From: Eledone cirrhosa
Taxonomy: Eukaryota
DNA: 64,000 bases
NCBI GenBank assembly: GCA_964016885.1
Contig: OZ024740.1
Location: 5,146,001 to 5,210,000, forward strand
Reading direction: 5' to 3'
Part shown: one piece after another, positions 1-11,442 of the stretch
Position numbering within the stretch: the first letter of the stretch is position 1
How the letters are laid out: the number at the start of each line of letters is the position of its first letter
Notes under the pieces: model-generated
Databases searched by the model: none
Told to the model about the DNA's origin: nothing
What the model saw: only the letters and a program-made list of their open reading frames with translations
Position numbers and translations under genes: made by a program

Positions 1-2383
1 AACATCATTTGGGCAGTGCTGATGAAATATTTTCCACATCATGCAGATAATATAACGCTCACGGCGACGTTGGAGTGAGTAAAGTTTCAGCTTTTCTAGT
101 CGACCCCAGTAGTCAAGGTCTGACATGCCATCTATCTTTTTCGTGATTGCCCTTTGGGGAGCTTCAAGTTTCATGATACTTTGTTTCGTGTGGGGACACC
201 ACAGTGGACAACAGTATTCAAGGTGTGGTCGGGCAAAAGTGGAGAAGAGAAGGATAATGGTGTGGGAATCTCTCGACTGGAAGGTTCTGAGGATCCAGGA
301 ACACATTCTGCGGGCCATGTCAACTTTGCTGCTTATATGCGTGGCCCAGCTTATGTTGCTGTCCACAGTTACTCCCAAGTCTCTGATGTTGTTAGATGCC
401 ACGAGAGTTTCACCGGAGGGAAGGGAGTACGGGGGTTTCAGAGTATCCTCTTTTCCAAAGTGGATCAGTTCGAATTTGTCTTCGTTCAGTAACATGTTGT
501 TCTTTTCCGCCCATTGGGTAACAGCCAGTAGGTCTGACTGAAAGCTTATCCAGTCATCCACACCATTGATGACCTTTCGGAGCTTGGAATCATCAGCGAA
601 AATTCTAATGTTGCTGTGTTTGATGATGTCAGTGATGTCATTAATATAGATGATGAAGAGAAGTGGGTTCAACACAGTGCCTTGTGGAATCCCACTACTG
701 ACTTTGGCTGGGCTGGATTTGACTCCTTCGACTACAACATGTTGGGTTCTGTTTGACAGGAAGCACTTGATCCACTGCAGCAGCTTTCCAGTGACACCAA
801 TATTGGACAGCTTTCTCAGTAGAATGTTGTGATCAACCCTGTCAAAGGCCTTGCTGAAATCAAGGTAGATAACATCAGTGTTGGAACCCTCTCCCAAGGC
901 TCTCAAAATGTCATCAAAGTGATGCAGTAGCTGCGTCAGGCAATCCCTTCCATTACGGAATCCATGCTGGTTGGAGTTCAGCATATTGTTACTCTCAAGG
1001 AAGTGAGTCATTTGCGATTTCACCACTCTCTCAAATACCTTAATGATATGAGAGGTGAGTGAGATTGGACGGTAATTCACGGCAAGGGATTTGTTTCCTT
1101 TTTTGAAAACTGGGACAACAGACTGGGATAGGTTTTCTGGCACATATCCAGCATCCAGTGAGTTCTGCCACAGATTGGCAAGAGGAGATGCAAGTTGGTG
1201 TTGACACGCCTTCAAGACACAAGCAGGGAACCTATCGGGACCTACTGCTGAATTATGCTTGATTTCCTTTATTGCCGCTAAGACATCAGGTGCGCCAAAC
1301 GTTATGTCCGATAAGGTGTAATGGGGAGTAACATCGCCGATACAGCACAGATCGGCCATATCAGGATTGCTGAAAACAGAGCAGTATTGTTTCTGCAGTA
1401 TCTCACCCATGGTTTTAGCATTGTCTTGAAGAGTGCCATTTTCATCAATTAGAGGGCCAACAGTAGAGCCAGTGATTTTGTGTTTTTTTTGCAAATGAAA
1501 AGAACACTTTGGGATTGAGTTTGATCTTCTCAATGGCCCAGGCCTCTTCAGCTCTTTTTTGATTGTTGATGATAGACATCATATTGTTTTGGAGGTTATG
1601 TTTTTTAATCTCTAGTGATGAAATGCAGTCAAGTTGATGTGTTGCTGCTGACAGTATTTCAGCTTGTTGATTTTTTTGTTAGTTCTCTTAATTTTCCTGA
1701 TGAGCGTTTTTCTATTTCTAGGGATTCTGCTCTTAGATTTGTTTATAGTTCTTAATGGGGTGTGTTTTGCACATATGTTTGTAACAGTGTCTACAAATGT
1801 CTGCCAGGACTTTTTGATGTTAGTGGGTGTTTTAGTGTGCGTGAAGGACCAGTCGACATGTGCAAGATCATGACTGATCGCTTCCCAGTTTGCATTGTGG
1901 AAATCCATAGCATCAAACGGATGGACAGGAGAGATGACATTGGGTTTGTATATTAGACGGTGGAATCTCAGATCACAGAGAACCATGTCATGATCAGAGA
2001 GTAGAGTTTTCTCCACTGCAATATTGTGGATAGTGTCAGTGTGATTGCTGAAAATTAAGTCTAGGATGTTTTTGTGGCACCTCGTTGGTTCGAGCACCAG
2101 TTGGGACAGGAAGAAATCATCCATGAAGTCAAGAAGCGATTCCACTGCTTCCCTGTCAGAGGTTGAGGCAGAAGAACCTGGTGGCAGGCTGTTTGTGGAC
2201 CAGTCAACTCCGGCGAGGTTGAAGTCCCCCATCATTAAGATGTTGTCAGGGTGACACTCTTGGATGAAACACTTTATGCTGTTGAGGCATTCCGTGAAGC
2301 ATGGTAGAGGCGTTTGGGGTGGCCTATAGAGCCCAACTACTATTAGGTTGTTGGTTTGACTGAATACAGTGACTGCTTTGCAG
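1..2383 (-). mobile_element. Decayed CR1-like (CR1/L2/Jockey group) LINE ORF2, APE endonuclease plus reverse transcriptase, frameshifted
   Basis: Minus-strand translation gives EN motifs VVGLYRPPQT, MGDFN, LDLIFSN, LSDHDMV (ORF 1612..2235). RT motifs follow: QHGFRNGRDCLTQLL, VIYLDFSKAFDRVDH, SGIPQGTVLNPLLFIIYINDI, IFADDSKL (~960-580). The frame is broken by indels. Confidence 0.9.
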
Positions 2384-2419
2384 TCATATATATATATGTG
2401 TGTATATATATATATATAT

Positions 2420-2458
2420 GCAAGCGTGGAACATGGACGTTAAACGATGATGATGATA
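2420..2458 (+). mobile_element. Isolated RTE 3' tail fragment ending in (GAT)n
   Basis: gcaagcgtggaacatggacgttaaacgatgatgatgat resembles the 3' ends of the RTE copies at ~7990-8046 and 43041-43090. Confidence 0.65.
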
Positions 2459-2521
2459 TATATATATATATATATATATACGATATTAAACAAATGGAAA
2501 CTATATTTATAAAACCATATC

Positions 2522-2587
2522 TATTTCATTATACATATTTCGGGTATACCATATTAAAAATATGGCATGCCTTCTTCAGATAAAATA
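2522..2587 (-). ncRNA. Type I hammerhead ribozyme motif (Penelope-type)
   Basis: Minus strand reads uauuuuau-CUGAAGA-a-ggcaugccauau(uuuua)auaugguauacc-c-GAAA-uaugua-UA-augaaaua. Stems I and II pair. Same family as 47231 and 57475. Confidence 0.65.
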
Positions 2588-2760
2588 CAATATATAAACA
2601 GTTTTATAAATAATTTTGACGTGCCATAAATATTGAGCAACCGTTATGTAGGAAGCTGGTTTGGTAGTATATCGTATATCTACTCCAAAACTTGTCGAGT
2701 GCTTTATATCAGTTATAAAATATTTACTTGTTGTAACCCAACAATTTTAAATAAAGCTTT

Positions 2761-2763
<3 letters not shown>

Positions 2764-2838
<75 letters not shown>

Positions 2839-2890
2839 TGTGTGTATATATATTATATATATATATATATGTGTGTGTGTATATATATAT
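2764..2890. repeat. (TA)n/(TG)n microsatellite
   Basis: Direct reading. Similar tracts recur at ~8220-8370, 9760-9828, 10430-10578, 46912-47075, 48310-48402, 51357-51458 and 57678-57842. Confidence 0.95.
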
Positions 2891-3277
2891 TGAGTTGAGA
2901 ACCCATTGAGTGAAAGGTGTGTCCTCAAGTATGGTTTGCTAATTTGTTGAGGAAGTAACTCTATACCAAACTATGTACATTTTAAACTTATAGCCTCGTT
3001 TAAATGATTTTTTTATGTGGTTAATTTATACTGATTGGGAGAGGAAATACTGTATATATTTTATCTAATAGTTCTTTGGACTTACATTTTTATATATATA
3101 GCTCTGATTAATAATTATTTGCTTAATTAATTCTTCATTGAGCCACACCGTAAAAGGTTGCCAAACTCAAATATGTATCTGTGACTATGTTTAATTATAT
3201 ATATACCCCTTTGAATTTATATATATATATATATATACATATATCAAAATGGAAATCCGAAGGCAAGGTAAAATTTC

Positions 3278-3373
3278 CAATCATTTTAATCACGACACAT
3301 GTTTCAATAAGAGATAGATCGATCGTGAAGCCATGATCAATTATCACTGATCTCATCAGGCGAAAATGAATTG
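3278..3373 (-). ncRNA. Type I hammerhead ribozyme motif with long stem II region
   Basis: Minus strand reads caauucauuuucgc-CUGAUGA-...-GAAAC-augu-GUC-gugauuaaaaugauugg. Stem III contains palindromic ACAUGU, the triplet is GUC, and the flanks pair as stem I. Confidence 0.7.
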
Positions 3374-3544
3374 TCTTCAAATTCTTGATATGAGGGAGAA
3401 AATTAGCAATGTTCACTCACAGAGTTTATTCCCTCATATGAAGATCCAACAGTCAGAAATACAGCGACTGCTATCAACTTCAGTTAAGGTCACAAAACTA
3501 TCAAATTTCTATATCCCAATAGCTGCAAAAGACGCTGGACATCA

Positions 3545-3735
3545 ATCAAATCTGTAGAAATACAGTCGGTCACAGTTAATGTGAGTGGGTACACACACAC
3601 TTAACACCCACACACACCAACTCAAAGTTAAAGAAAAAAAGATATATATATACACACATCAACACAGTATCAAATCTGTAGAACTACAGACGGTCACAAT
3701 TAGTGTGAGTGGGTACACACACACTCTCACACACA
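3545..3735 (+). repeat. Diverged direct duplication (~124-bp offset) within the PLE UTR
   Basis: atcaaatctgtagaa.tacag.cggtcaca...gtgagtgggtacacacacac occurs at ~3545 and ~3669. Confidence 0.8.
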
Positions 3736-5211
3736 CCGAAGCGATGTGAAATAAAAAACAATAAATATAAGAATATACCAACAACGCATTCACCGGGAAT
3801 TAGTTTACAAAACAACAAATGCTACATTGGCTAAATCTCAATTTGACGATGTAAATTGGAAATATTGGGTCAACCACAGCCCCATACACACACACACAAG
3901 CAAGTAAATTCAGTTCAGTGTTCTGCTATACGTGTATAGATTGAATTGTAACATCCGTATCTCCAAATAGTGTATGTTATGGTATATACACATCCGTATC
4001 GTCCAAAAAAGTGTATGTCTAGGTATATACACATCCATGTGAAGAGCAAGCAATCAGTTCATATCGAACTCAGTATGTACCGTTGTCCCATTGAGAATCC
4101 GAGTCCCCAAATCTGTGCGTGCAAGCAACCGCTATGTAGGCTAGCAAGGGGCTCTGTGTAGAGTTTGGTATTTGGGTTAAGGTGTCAGTAAGTGCGATTT
4201 CCCGTTATATGTGCCACTGGGCTTTTAAGATAGGTGTTTGAGTGGTGGAGGTGTGTTATCCAACACAAAAAGTAAAGTAAAATAACAAAGGATAGCAAAA
4301 CCTAGAGGATGTGTGTAGGCCCATTAATGGTGTGTAAGTATTATTGTTCAATCCGTAACTGTGAGCACTCCATGGTTAGATGATCAAAACCTAGTGTAGT
4401 GTTCAATTGGTAGGAACGTGACCAGTAGTAACTGTGGGAACTCAATGTCTAAAGAAAACGGGTACTGTGTGTAGAGTTATGTATAGAGAGCGTAAACGGT
4501 CTTAACTGAGTGTGCAATACGTCCAGCTATATCCCAACCGAGAGAACTCAATGGTTAGGGTATCTTAAAGTAAAGGTAAATGCGCATAATTGGTCTTGCC
4601 TGAGTGTGTAATCATTTACTAACTAGGTATTCTGAGTGTGTAATCATTCTAACTATTTACTAACTAGGTATTCTAAAGTGCACTCAGCTGTGAGAACTCT
4701 GTGGAAACAGGCCGAGTACCGTTTGTAAGTGCGCAAAGGATCTTAGCCGTCTAACAACCTGAGTGTGTGATTGTCTGTTTATTGAGAGAACTCTATGGCT
4801 AAAGTAGATAGGGAGGAGTTAGTGGTGGGTTACTTTCCAAAAATCCTGCGGAAGGTTTTCGAGGTTCTATGTTGGCAGTTGCTGAAAAAATCCGCTCTCC
4901 TATTAATTAATAGGGGGCTGCCTCTAATAATATTAAAGGTTTCAGCTATGCACAAATTACAGATGCCAGTACTGCCGTTATAAGGCTGGGCTGAGCACAC
5001 TATGGACCAGGATAAGGAGTGCACTATATTCTGTTGTTTAAGCTTCCAAACTAATTCAGAAAGCGCTGTTCTATTTTTTTTATCTAATCTATTAAAGATA
5101 TGGCGGTCATTATACCATCTATTCTTAAATTCATATACATATAAGAAGGAAAAAAGAGTGCTCTATGTAGGTTACAGAGCTTATTAGTTATGTAATAAAC
5201 AACATAAGATA

Positions 5212-5280
5212 ATTATTTCATTTACTAGTGGTTTCTTGAAAACAGATGTTAGATCTGTTTTCAGTCGTCAGAATGAATAA
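5212..5280 (-). ncRNA. Type I hammerhead ribozyme motif
   Basis: Reads uucauu-CUGACGA-c-ugaaaacagau(cuaac)aucuguuuuca-a-GAAAC-cacua-GUA-aaugaa. Stem II is a perfect 11 bp and stem I is 6 bp. Confidence 0.8.
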
Positions 5281-5333
5281 AAAAACATGGTGGTTTTATT
5301 AAATATGGATTTATAATAAAAACACCATGTTTT

Positions 5334-5401
5334 TTATTCATTCTGACGACTGAAAACAGATCTAACACTTGCTTTCAAGAAACCACTGGTAAATGAAATA
5401 A
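5334..5401 (+). ncRNA. Type I hammerhead ribozyme motif (inverted partner of 5212-5280)
   Basis: ctgacga at 5343-5349, gaaac at 5379-5383, gta at 5389-5391. Stem II is partly decayed. Confidence 0.65.
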
Positions 5402-5427
5402 TTATCTTCTGTTGTTTATTACATAAC

Positions 5428-5461
<34 letters not shown>

Positions 5462-5465
<4 letters not shown>

Positions 5466-5768
5466 GAATGGAAAACGAAAAATCAGTGATGCATCGGAAC
5501 TCAATTTATTGTGTTACAATTGTTTCCCCGGCGAACAGCTCGAGGTGCGATCCGTGTGTGGATCGACCTGACTCTAGACTCGCAGGTTCCTCCGACACAG
5601 AAAGAGGATATGCTCCGAAATCAATAGACGTGTCCGAGGAATGTGCGAGTTTAGAGTCAGGTCGATTCACACACGGATCGCACCTCGAGCTGTTCGCCGG
5701 GGAAACAATTGTAACACACAATAAATTGAGTTCCGATGCATCACTCATTTTTCGTTTTCCATTCTATA
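5462..5768. mobile_element. MITE with ~140-bp terminal inverted repeats in a TA context
   Basis: atagaatggaaaacgaaaaat...gactcgca..ttcctccgacac pairs with gtgtccgaggaa..tgcgagt...atttttcgttttccattctat around a ~30-bp spacer. Confidence 0.8.
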
Positions 5769-5867
5769 ATATTCTGCTTCATAGGAGCATAGAATGCTCA
5801 ACCGGCATACTGCCTATGGATGCATCTTAGCTACCATTAGACATATATATATATATTCAAGCACGTT

Positions 5868-8042
5868 TTGCAACATGAGGACCAGAAACAGGTGTTCAAG
5901 ATTGCGAGACAGTGTGTCAGAGAGAATTGTGATGTCATTGGAGAGAAGTGTATCCGGAATGACAAAGGTGAGCTTGCCCTCACAAGTGCTGAGAAGAAAG
6001 ATACATGGAAGAGCCATTATGATAGATTACTAAATGAGGAGAATGCATGGGAAGAAGAGACCCTACCCCAAATAGACCCTATAGATGGGCCAGCAGTACA
6101 AGTCAGCAGCAGTGTAGTAAGGCAATCAAAGATTTGAAGACGGAGAAGGTAACTGGTCCATCGAGTATATCTGCCGAGATGTTGAAGGCATCTGGGTCGG
6201 TAGGTCACACTATAACCACACGTATTGTTAATCAGGTAATGCTAGAAGGTGTCATACCAAAAGATTGGTGCAGTAGCATCATTGTCAACTGCTACAAAAG
6301 TTAAAGGTGATGCACTAGATAGAGGAAACTATAGAGGTATAAAGCTGATTGATCAGGTCATGAAAGTAACAGAAAGAGTTATAGCACATTTGATTAGGGA
6401 CCGGGTGAAACTAGACGAGATGCAATTTGGGTTTGTACCAGGAAGAGGCACCACTGATGCCCTCTTCCTTGTGAGGCAATTACAAGAAAAGTATCTAGCT
6501 AAAAGTAAGTCGCTCTACCTGGCATTCGTCGATCTCGAGAAAGCTTTTGACAGAGTTCCCTGTGCTATAATCAGGTGGGCTTTTAGAAAACTAGGAGTAG
6601 CTGAATGGCTTGTGAAAGCTGTACAAGCTATGTATAGGGGAGTAGTCAGCAAAGTTAGGATTAGCAATGACTATAGCGAGGAATTTAGTGTACAGGTCGG
6701 TGTCCACCAGGGCTCTGTTCTGCAGGCAATAACGGAGGAGTTTAATACCAGATGCCCATGGGAACTCCTGTATGCAGATGACCTCGCACTTATAGCTGAA
6801 TCAATGGTAGAACTAGAGAAGAAGTTCCAAACTTGGAAGCAGGGACTAGAAAGAAAGGGTCTCAAAGTAAACCTGACAAAGACTAAGGTCCTTCTAAGTA
6901 GACGAGAAAACAGAACCCAGATCCCCTCAGGGAAATGGCCTAGCTCAGTATGTAGGAAAGGAGTAGGTAGGAACTCCATTCTCTACCCCAAATGCAAACA
7001 ATGGGTACACAAGAGATGTAGCGGGATCTCAGGAAGCTTAATTAAGAATGTAGGATTCACATGTAGCAGTTGTGCTGGGACAGCAAGCAGCAAACAGCCA
7101 CAGGAAACAAGTACCACCAATCTCTGGGAGGGCTCTGTAGAAACAGTAGACAGCTTCTGCTACCTAGGTGACCGAATTAGCAGTGGAAGTGGGTGTTCAG
7201 AAAGTACAATAACTAGGGTAAGAACGGGATGGATGAAGTTCAGGCAGCTACAGCCACTGCTAGCTGCAAAAGGCTTCTCCCTCAAAATGAAAGGCAGACT
7301 GTATGATGCGTGTATACGAACAGCAATGTTACATGGTAGTGAGACCTGGGCGCTGTCTGTGAAAGACTTGCGTAGATCAGAAAGAAACGAAGCCTGCATG
7401 CTCCGATGGATCTGTAATAGTAATATACACGAACGGCAAAGCATAAACGAATTGAGAGAGAGACTGAGCATAAGAGGAATCAAATGCTGTTTGCAGGAGA
7501 GGCGGTTGCGTTGGTATGGACATGTGATGCGTATGAAGGATGACAGCTGCATAAAAAGGTGCAGAGCACTAGAAGTCGATGGAAACCGCGGAGTGGGGAG
7601 ACCCAAGAAGACTTGGGATGAGGTGATAAAAGCCAACCTCATCTAATTACACATCTCAAAGGCGATGATACACAACCATGACCTCTGGCGTCATGCAGTA
7701 ATACAGAAGACCCGACCCCCCACAGGTAAAAGCCGAAGCTGAAGCATATAGACAATATGCCCCCCACTGGAAACTGGTCGTGGATGTGCCATGGCAAACA
7801 AAAAGCACACAGCTCACACTGTAAAGTGGACGTGTAGGGGCCACGGAAAAAAAGCACCCAGCACTCACCGTAAATGAGGTTGGTGTTAGGAAGGGCATCC
7901 AGATGTAGACATCAAGCCAGAATCAGTTCCCGTATGAGCAAGACAAGGTTAGGCCACCGGACACTGCCCACAACAGGACAACCCGTCTAACCCATGCTAG
8001 TGTGGAAGATCGGACGTAAAACGGTGATGATGATGATGATGA

Positions 8043-8046
<4 letters not shown>
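5868..8046 (+). mobile_element. 5'-truncated RTE-clade LINE (RT plus 3' UTR, (GAT)n tail)
   Basis: ORF 6249..7646 contains NYRGIKL, QFGFVPGRGTTDA, AFVDLEKAFDRV, GVHQGS, LLYADD, a PHD-like Cys cluster and RLRWYGHV. It ends in cggacgtaaaacggt(gat)n. Confidence 0.95.
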
Positions 8047-8077
<31 letters not shown>

Positions 8078-8081
<4 letters not shown>

Positions 8082-8212
8082 GAGAGAACCAGTTTAAAAC
8101 TAGTTAGAACATTATTCAACAGAGTACTCAATAATTTGGGGTAGTAGAGTATGGCTATCTAGCTGTCGAAATGGCCGGAGCTCAGCCGTCGGGGTCCTGA
8201 CTCTTTTCCTAT
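8078..8212 (-). mobile_element. Short interspersed element, same family as 11443-11637 and 49883-50020
   Basis: Reverse complement reads taggaaaagagtcaggaccccgacggctgagctccggccatttcgacagcta...atactctactaccccaaattattgagtactctg. It is flanked by (TA)n. Confidence 0.7.
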
Positions 8213-8291
8213 ATATATATGATGATGATGATGATGATATGTATATATAATATATATATATATAATATATATATATATATAATATGATATG

Positions 8292-8372
<81 letters not shown>

Positions 8373-8778
8373 CATATATTCTAATATATACTTCCATAAA
8401 TGTGTGTATCATACATACAACCTAATTATCCGTATTGTTTTAGTCTCTTTACTGACTGACCCAATTATCAATTGTTCAATGTTAGTTGTATTAAATTTTA
8501 TTGATGATCATAATTAATTTGTGAGATAGATCAATAACTTTTATGTCTTTATTGAATGATTTGATGATCGTTAAGTCACTGATCTTATTGAACTATTGTT
8601 GATTGCTCTGATGAATTTGTTCAATTTTTACCCCCTCACTCTGTCGAGATATACTCTGCAACTGTTTAACCCCAGTTAGTATTGAGTAGGAGAGAGAGTG
8701 GTACGATGTCGTAGTACCATTGTGTGAAGCACCTTGTCCTATCATCAGTTTGTTACCTTATTAATATATATATATATT

Positions 8779-8900
8779 TTATTAGAAAGTGAACAACAAA
8801 AAATATAACTACTCCATTACCAAAGGTTTGTTCACTTTCTAATTAAATAGCTCTGTTCTATACATAGAGCACTTTATTTTCCTTTGCTTTTCCTTCGGAA
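8779..8900. repeat. Short hairpin (ttagaaagtgaacaa/ttgttcactttctaa) followed by a GAGCACT box shared with 5140-5190
   Basis: 15-bp inverted repeat. 8845-8885 is the reverse-complement homologue of aaggaaaaaagagtgctctatgtag...cagagc at 5146-5180. Confidence 0.6.
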
Positions 8901-9159
8901 TTACCTAACATATATATGGCCTACCATTCACAGCCTCTACTTTGACCGCTGGCCACGTGATCATTCTTACCCATTTTGAATTCATTTCTGGTGGCGATCA
9001 CTGTAAAAATTTTAGTCCAAACTTGAGGGAGTCTCTTGATAAGCTCTAAACCTCATGGATAATACCAGGATTGGACATATCCACAAAGTATGAGTGAAAC
9101 TATCAATAGTCAGCACTAGAGGAATTTTGGTAAAGTTTATATGTATTTTTTCTTCAAAC

Positions 9160-9400
9160 TTACATTTTAGACTTAGCTCCGTTTAATTTATTATTTGTCT
9201 ATAGTTAATTTCTACGGGCTAAGAAGAAAGACTGGGTAAATTTTATCTGACTGTTCCTTGCGGGGAATAATCTGTATCTTTTATCTGTTATTTCTTTGAA
9301 GTTACATTTTAAACTTAGCTCCGTTTAAATTATTATTTATCTAGTTGATTTCTACGGACTAGGGTGAAGAAAAATTGGGTATATTTTATCTAACTGTTCT
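9160..9400 (+). repeat. Diverged tandem duplication (~142-bp offset)
   Basis: tacatttta.acttagctccgtttaa.ttattatt...ttctacgg.cta...ttttatct.actgttc occurs at ~9161 and ~9303. Confidence 0.8.
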
Positions 9401-9434
9401 TCAAACTAGCAATTTTATATATATATATATATAT

Positions 9435-9753
9435 GGCCTTGCAATCGAAAGGTTGTGAGTTCAATTCTTAGACCGGGTGATGTGTTGTTTCCTTGAGCAA
9501 GACACTTTATTTCACATTGCTCCAGTTTACTCAGCTGTAGAAATGAGATGATAGGGACTGGGGTCCCTATCATTCCACTGCAAAGTGGTCGTGGAGGTGC
9601 CACGGCAAAAAAGCACCCAGCACTCACTGTAAATGAGGTTGGTGTTAGGAAGGGCATCCAGCTGTAGAAATCAAGCCAGAATCAGTTCCCGTCCCACTCT
9701 TGCAAGCAGGGAAAAGCGGACGTAAAATGAAATGATGATGATGATGATGATGA
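9435..9753 (+). mobile_element. tRNA-derived SINE (5'-clipped) with CORE-like domain and RTE-derived tail
   Basis: B box gagttcaattc and CORE-like tccttgagcaagacactt. The 3' part is nearly identical to RTE UTR 7841-7933 and ends in (GAT)n. A full copy lies at 57842. Confidence 0.85.
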
Positions 9754-9757
9754 TACA

Positions 9758-9829
<72 letters not shown>

Positions 9830-9833
<4 letters not shown>

Positions 9834-10284
9834 AATAACAGGAGGCTGGCTGGACTGGTGTAGGAAAGGTTTATTATACTATGAACATTTCAATGACCAG
9901 GTTCAGTATGAATCTGGTGACATCATCAGGTATTCGAAATTTAACAGAGGAACATAATCCATAGGGCTGAGAAGGCAGAGAGACAAGAAGGCGGCCACAC
10001 ATTTAGCAGTTTCTAGTTCGGTCGGCCGCCCTCAAGTCAGAACGAACTAGAAACTGCTAAATGTGTGGCCGCCTTCTTGTCACTCTGCCCTTTCAGCCCT
10101 ATGGATTAAACCCATGCTAGCGTGGAAGATGGACATTAAAGATGATGATGATGATGATGATGATATTAAATCTCGAATACCTGATGATGTCACCGGATTC
10201 ATACTGAACCCGGGCATTTAAATGTTCATAGTATAATAAACCTTTTAAGGAATTACACCAGTCCAGACTCCTCTTATTTTATAA
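9830..10284. repeat. Nested fold-back structure: outer hammerhead-bearing arms, inner hairpin and an RTE tail inserted in the right side
   Basis: Outer arms 9830-9945 and 10165-10284. Inner arms taatccatagggctga...ttctagttcg (9955-10020) and cgaactagaa...tcagccctatggatta (10043-10108). RTE tail cccatgctagcg...(gat)n at 10110-10163. Confidence 0.85.
9876..9933 (-). ncRNA. Type I hammerhead ribozyme motif
   Basis: Reads auac-CUGAUGA-ugucaccagauuca(uac)ugaaccuggucauu-GAAA-uguuca-UA-guau. The plus-strand partner at 10177-10234 has GAAA changed to UAAA. Confidence 0.65.
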
Positions 10285-10475
10285 TAATTAACTCCGTACT
10301 CGCACCACCAACAACACAAATGAAGATGGGTGAATTGCATTATGTCAAGTGCTCTCCCTAATATTACATCGAGGTTGACCATATGGAATGACCAGTTCTC
10401 CTCCAGTGGTGAACCAACAAACCTAAATGTATATATATATATATAAATATATGAATGTATATATGTATATTTATA

Positions 10476-10582
<107 letters not shown>

Positions 10583-10665
10583 GGTAAACAGAAATAACAA
10601 CACAATCGGTACAGTATATGGAAGGGATGATATATTAGGTTAACGCTTGATATAGCAGGGAGAGG

Positions 10666-10702
10666 GTTTTAACGTTTCAGACGCTAGTCCTTCATCAGAA
10701 AA
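10666..10702 (-). ncRNA. Minimal Penelope-type hammerhead ribozyme
   Basis: Reads uuuu-CUGAUGA-a-ggac(uagc)gucu-GAAACGUUA-aaac. Stem III is reduced to the palindrome AACGUU, as described for minimal PLE hammerheads. Confidence 0.75.
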
Positions 10703-10995
10703 AAGAATGAGAAATAAGATAGATTAAGAGGACGGGCAGAATGGAATTGAAAAAAATGTCTTTAGATAAAAATAACAGGTCCATTCATGTTGACATCTCT
10801 TGTAAAACTGTTGGCACTATATATACATATATTGAAATATTGATACTCTGAGTACCAAGATCCATTTAGCTTTTTTATTGAGAAACATAGTCATCATACA
10901 TATATATGTCTTAACAATACCTTAACTATATATATATATATATATATATGGGTTCCTAGTGTCCGCGCATTGCCTGGGAACTTAACTGAGAATAG

Positions 10996-11074
10996 ACTCC
11001 CGATGACGTAATGAATTCTTCATATATATTATGTAACTACATTTATCCCATTACAGAAACTAATTAGTTGGAGT
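10996..11074 (+). ncRNA. Degenerate hammerhead motif
   Basis: Reads actcc-C(U missing)GATGA-cgtaatg...cattaca-GAAAC-taatta-GTT-ggagt. Stems I, II and III all pair, but the core lacks U4. Confidence 0.55.
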
Positions 11075-11245
11075 GAAAATTTTAGTAAGTAAGTTGATTT
11101 TAATTTTTAAAATTTTCTTATTTTACGTCTTTCATATAATTGTTCTGCATTCACCTGCATAGAACCACATAGGTACTAAGACATAACTTATATATTTGCT
11201 AGCATGAGTGTACATCTGTTCACATATGTTGGTAGATGTACTAAT

Positions 11246-11283
<38 letters not shown>

Positions 11284-11403
11284 TGTATATATAGTATATT
11301 TGGCAATATACTGTATGCTTAATTAAAAGCATTTTGAAGACATTGCGCTATTGTTTTAAAGTAGTGACTATGTCACTTACTTCTTTTTTCAACAAACAAA
11401 GGG

Positions 11404-11439
<36 letters not shown>

Positions 11440-11442
11440 ATA

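Larger units (their letters stand above)
3245..5130 (-). mobile_element. 5'-truncated Penelope-like element: GIY-YIG C-terminus, long 3' UTR and terminal hammerhead
   Basis: Minus frame ~5125-4830 reads KNRYNDRHIFNRLDKKNRTALSELVWKLKQQNIVHSLSWSIVCSAQPYNGSTGICNLCIAETFNIIRGSPLLINRRADFFSNCQHR. This matches the typical PLE endonuclease tail (T.LS..VW.LK, W.I...A.PY, C.LC..E, N.R.....C.H). A same-strand hammerhead lies at 3278-3373. Confidence 0.8.
5185..5429. repeat. ~245-bp fold-back palindrome with a hammerhead in each arm
   Basis: tagttatgtaataaacaaca...aaaaaacatggtg (5185-5292) is the reverse complement of caccatgtttttt...tgttgtttattacataacta (5323-5429). Confidence 0.9.

Noticed and set aside
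125-832. Plus-strand ORFs of 60-138 aa
   Set aside because: Antisense shadows of the minus-strand LINE RT. The same applies to shadow ORFs over the RTE copies.
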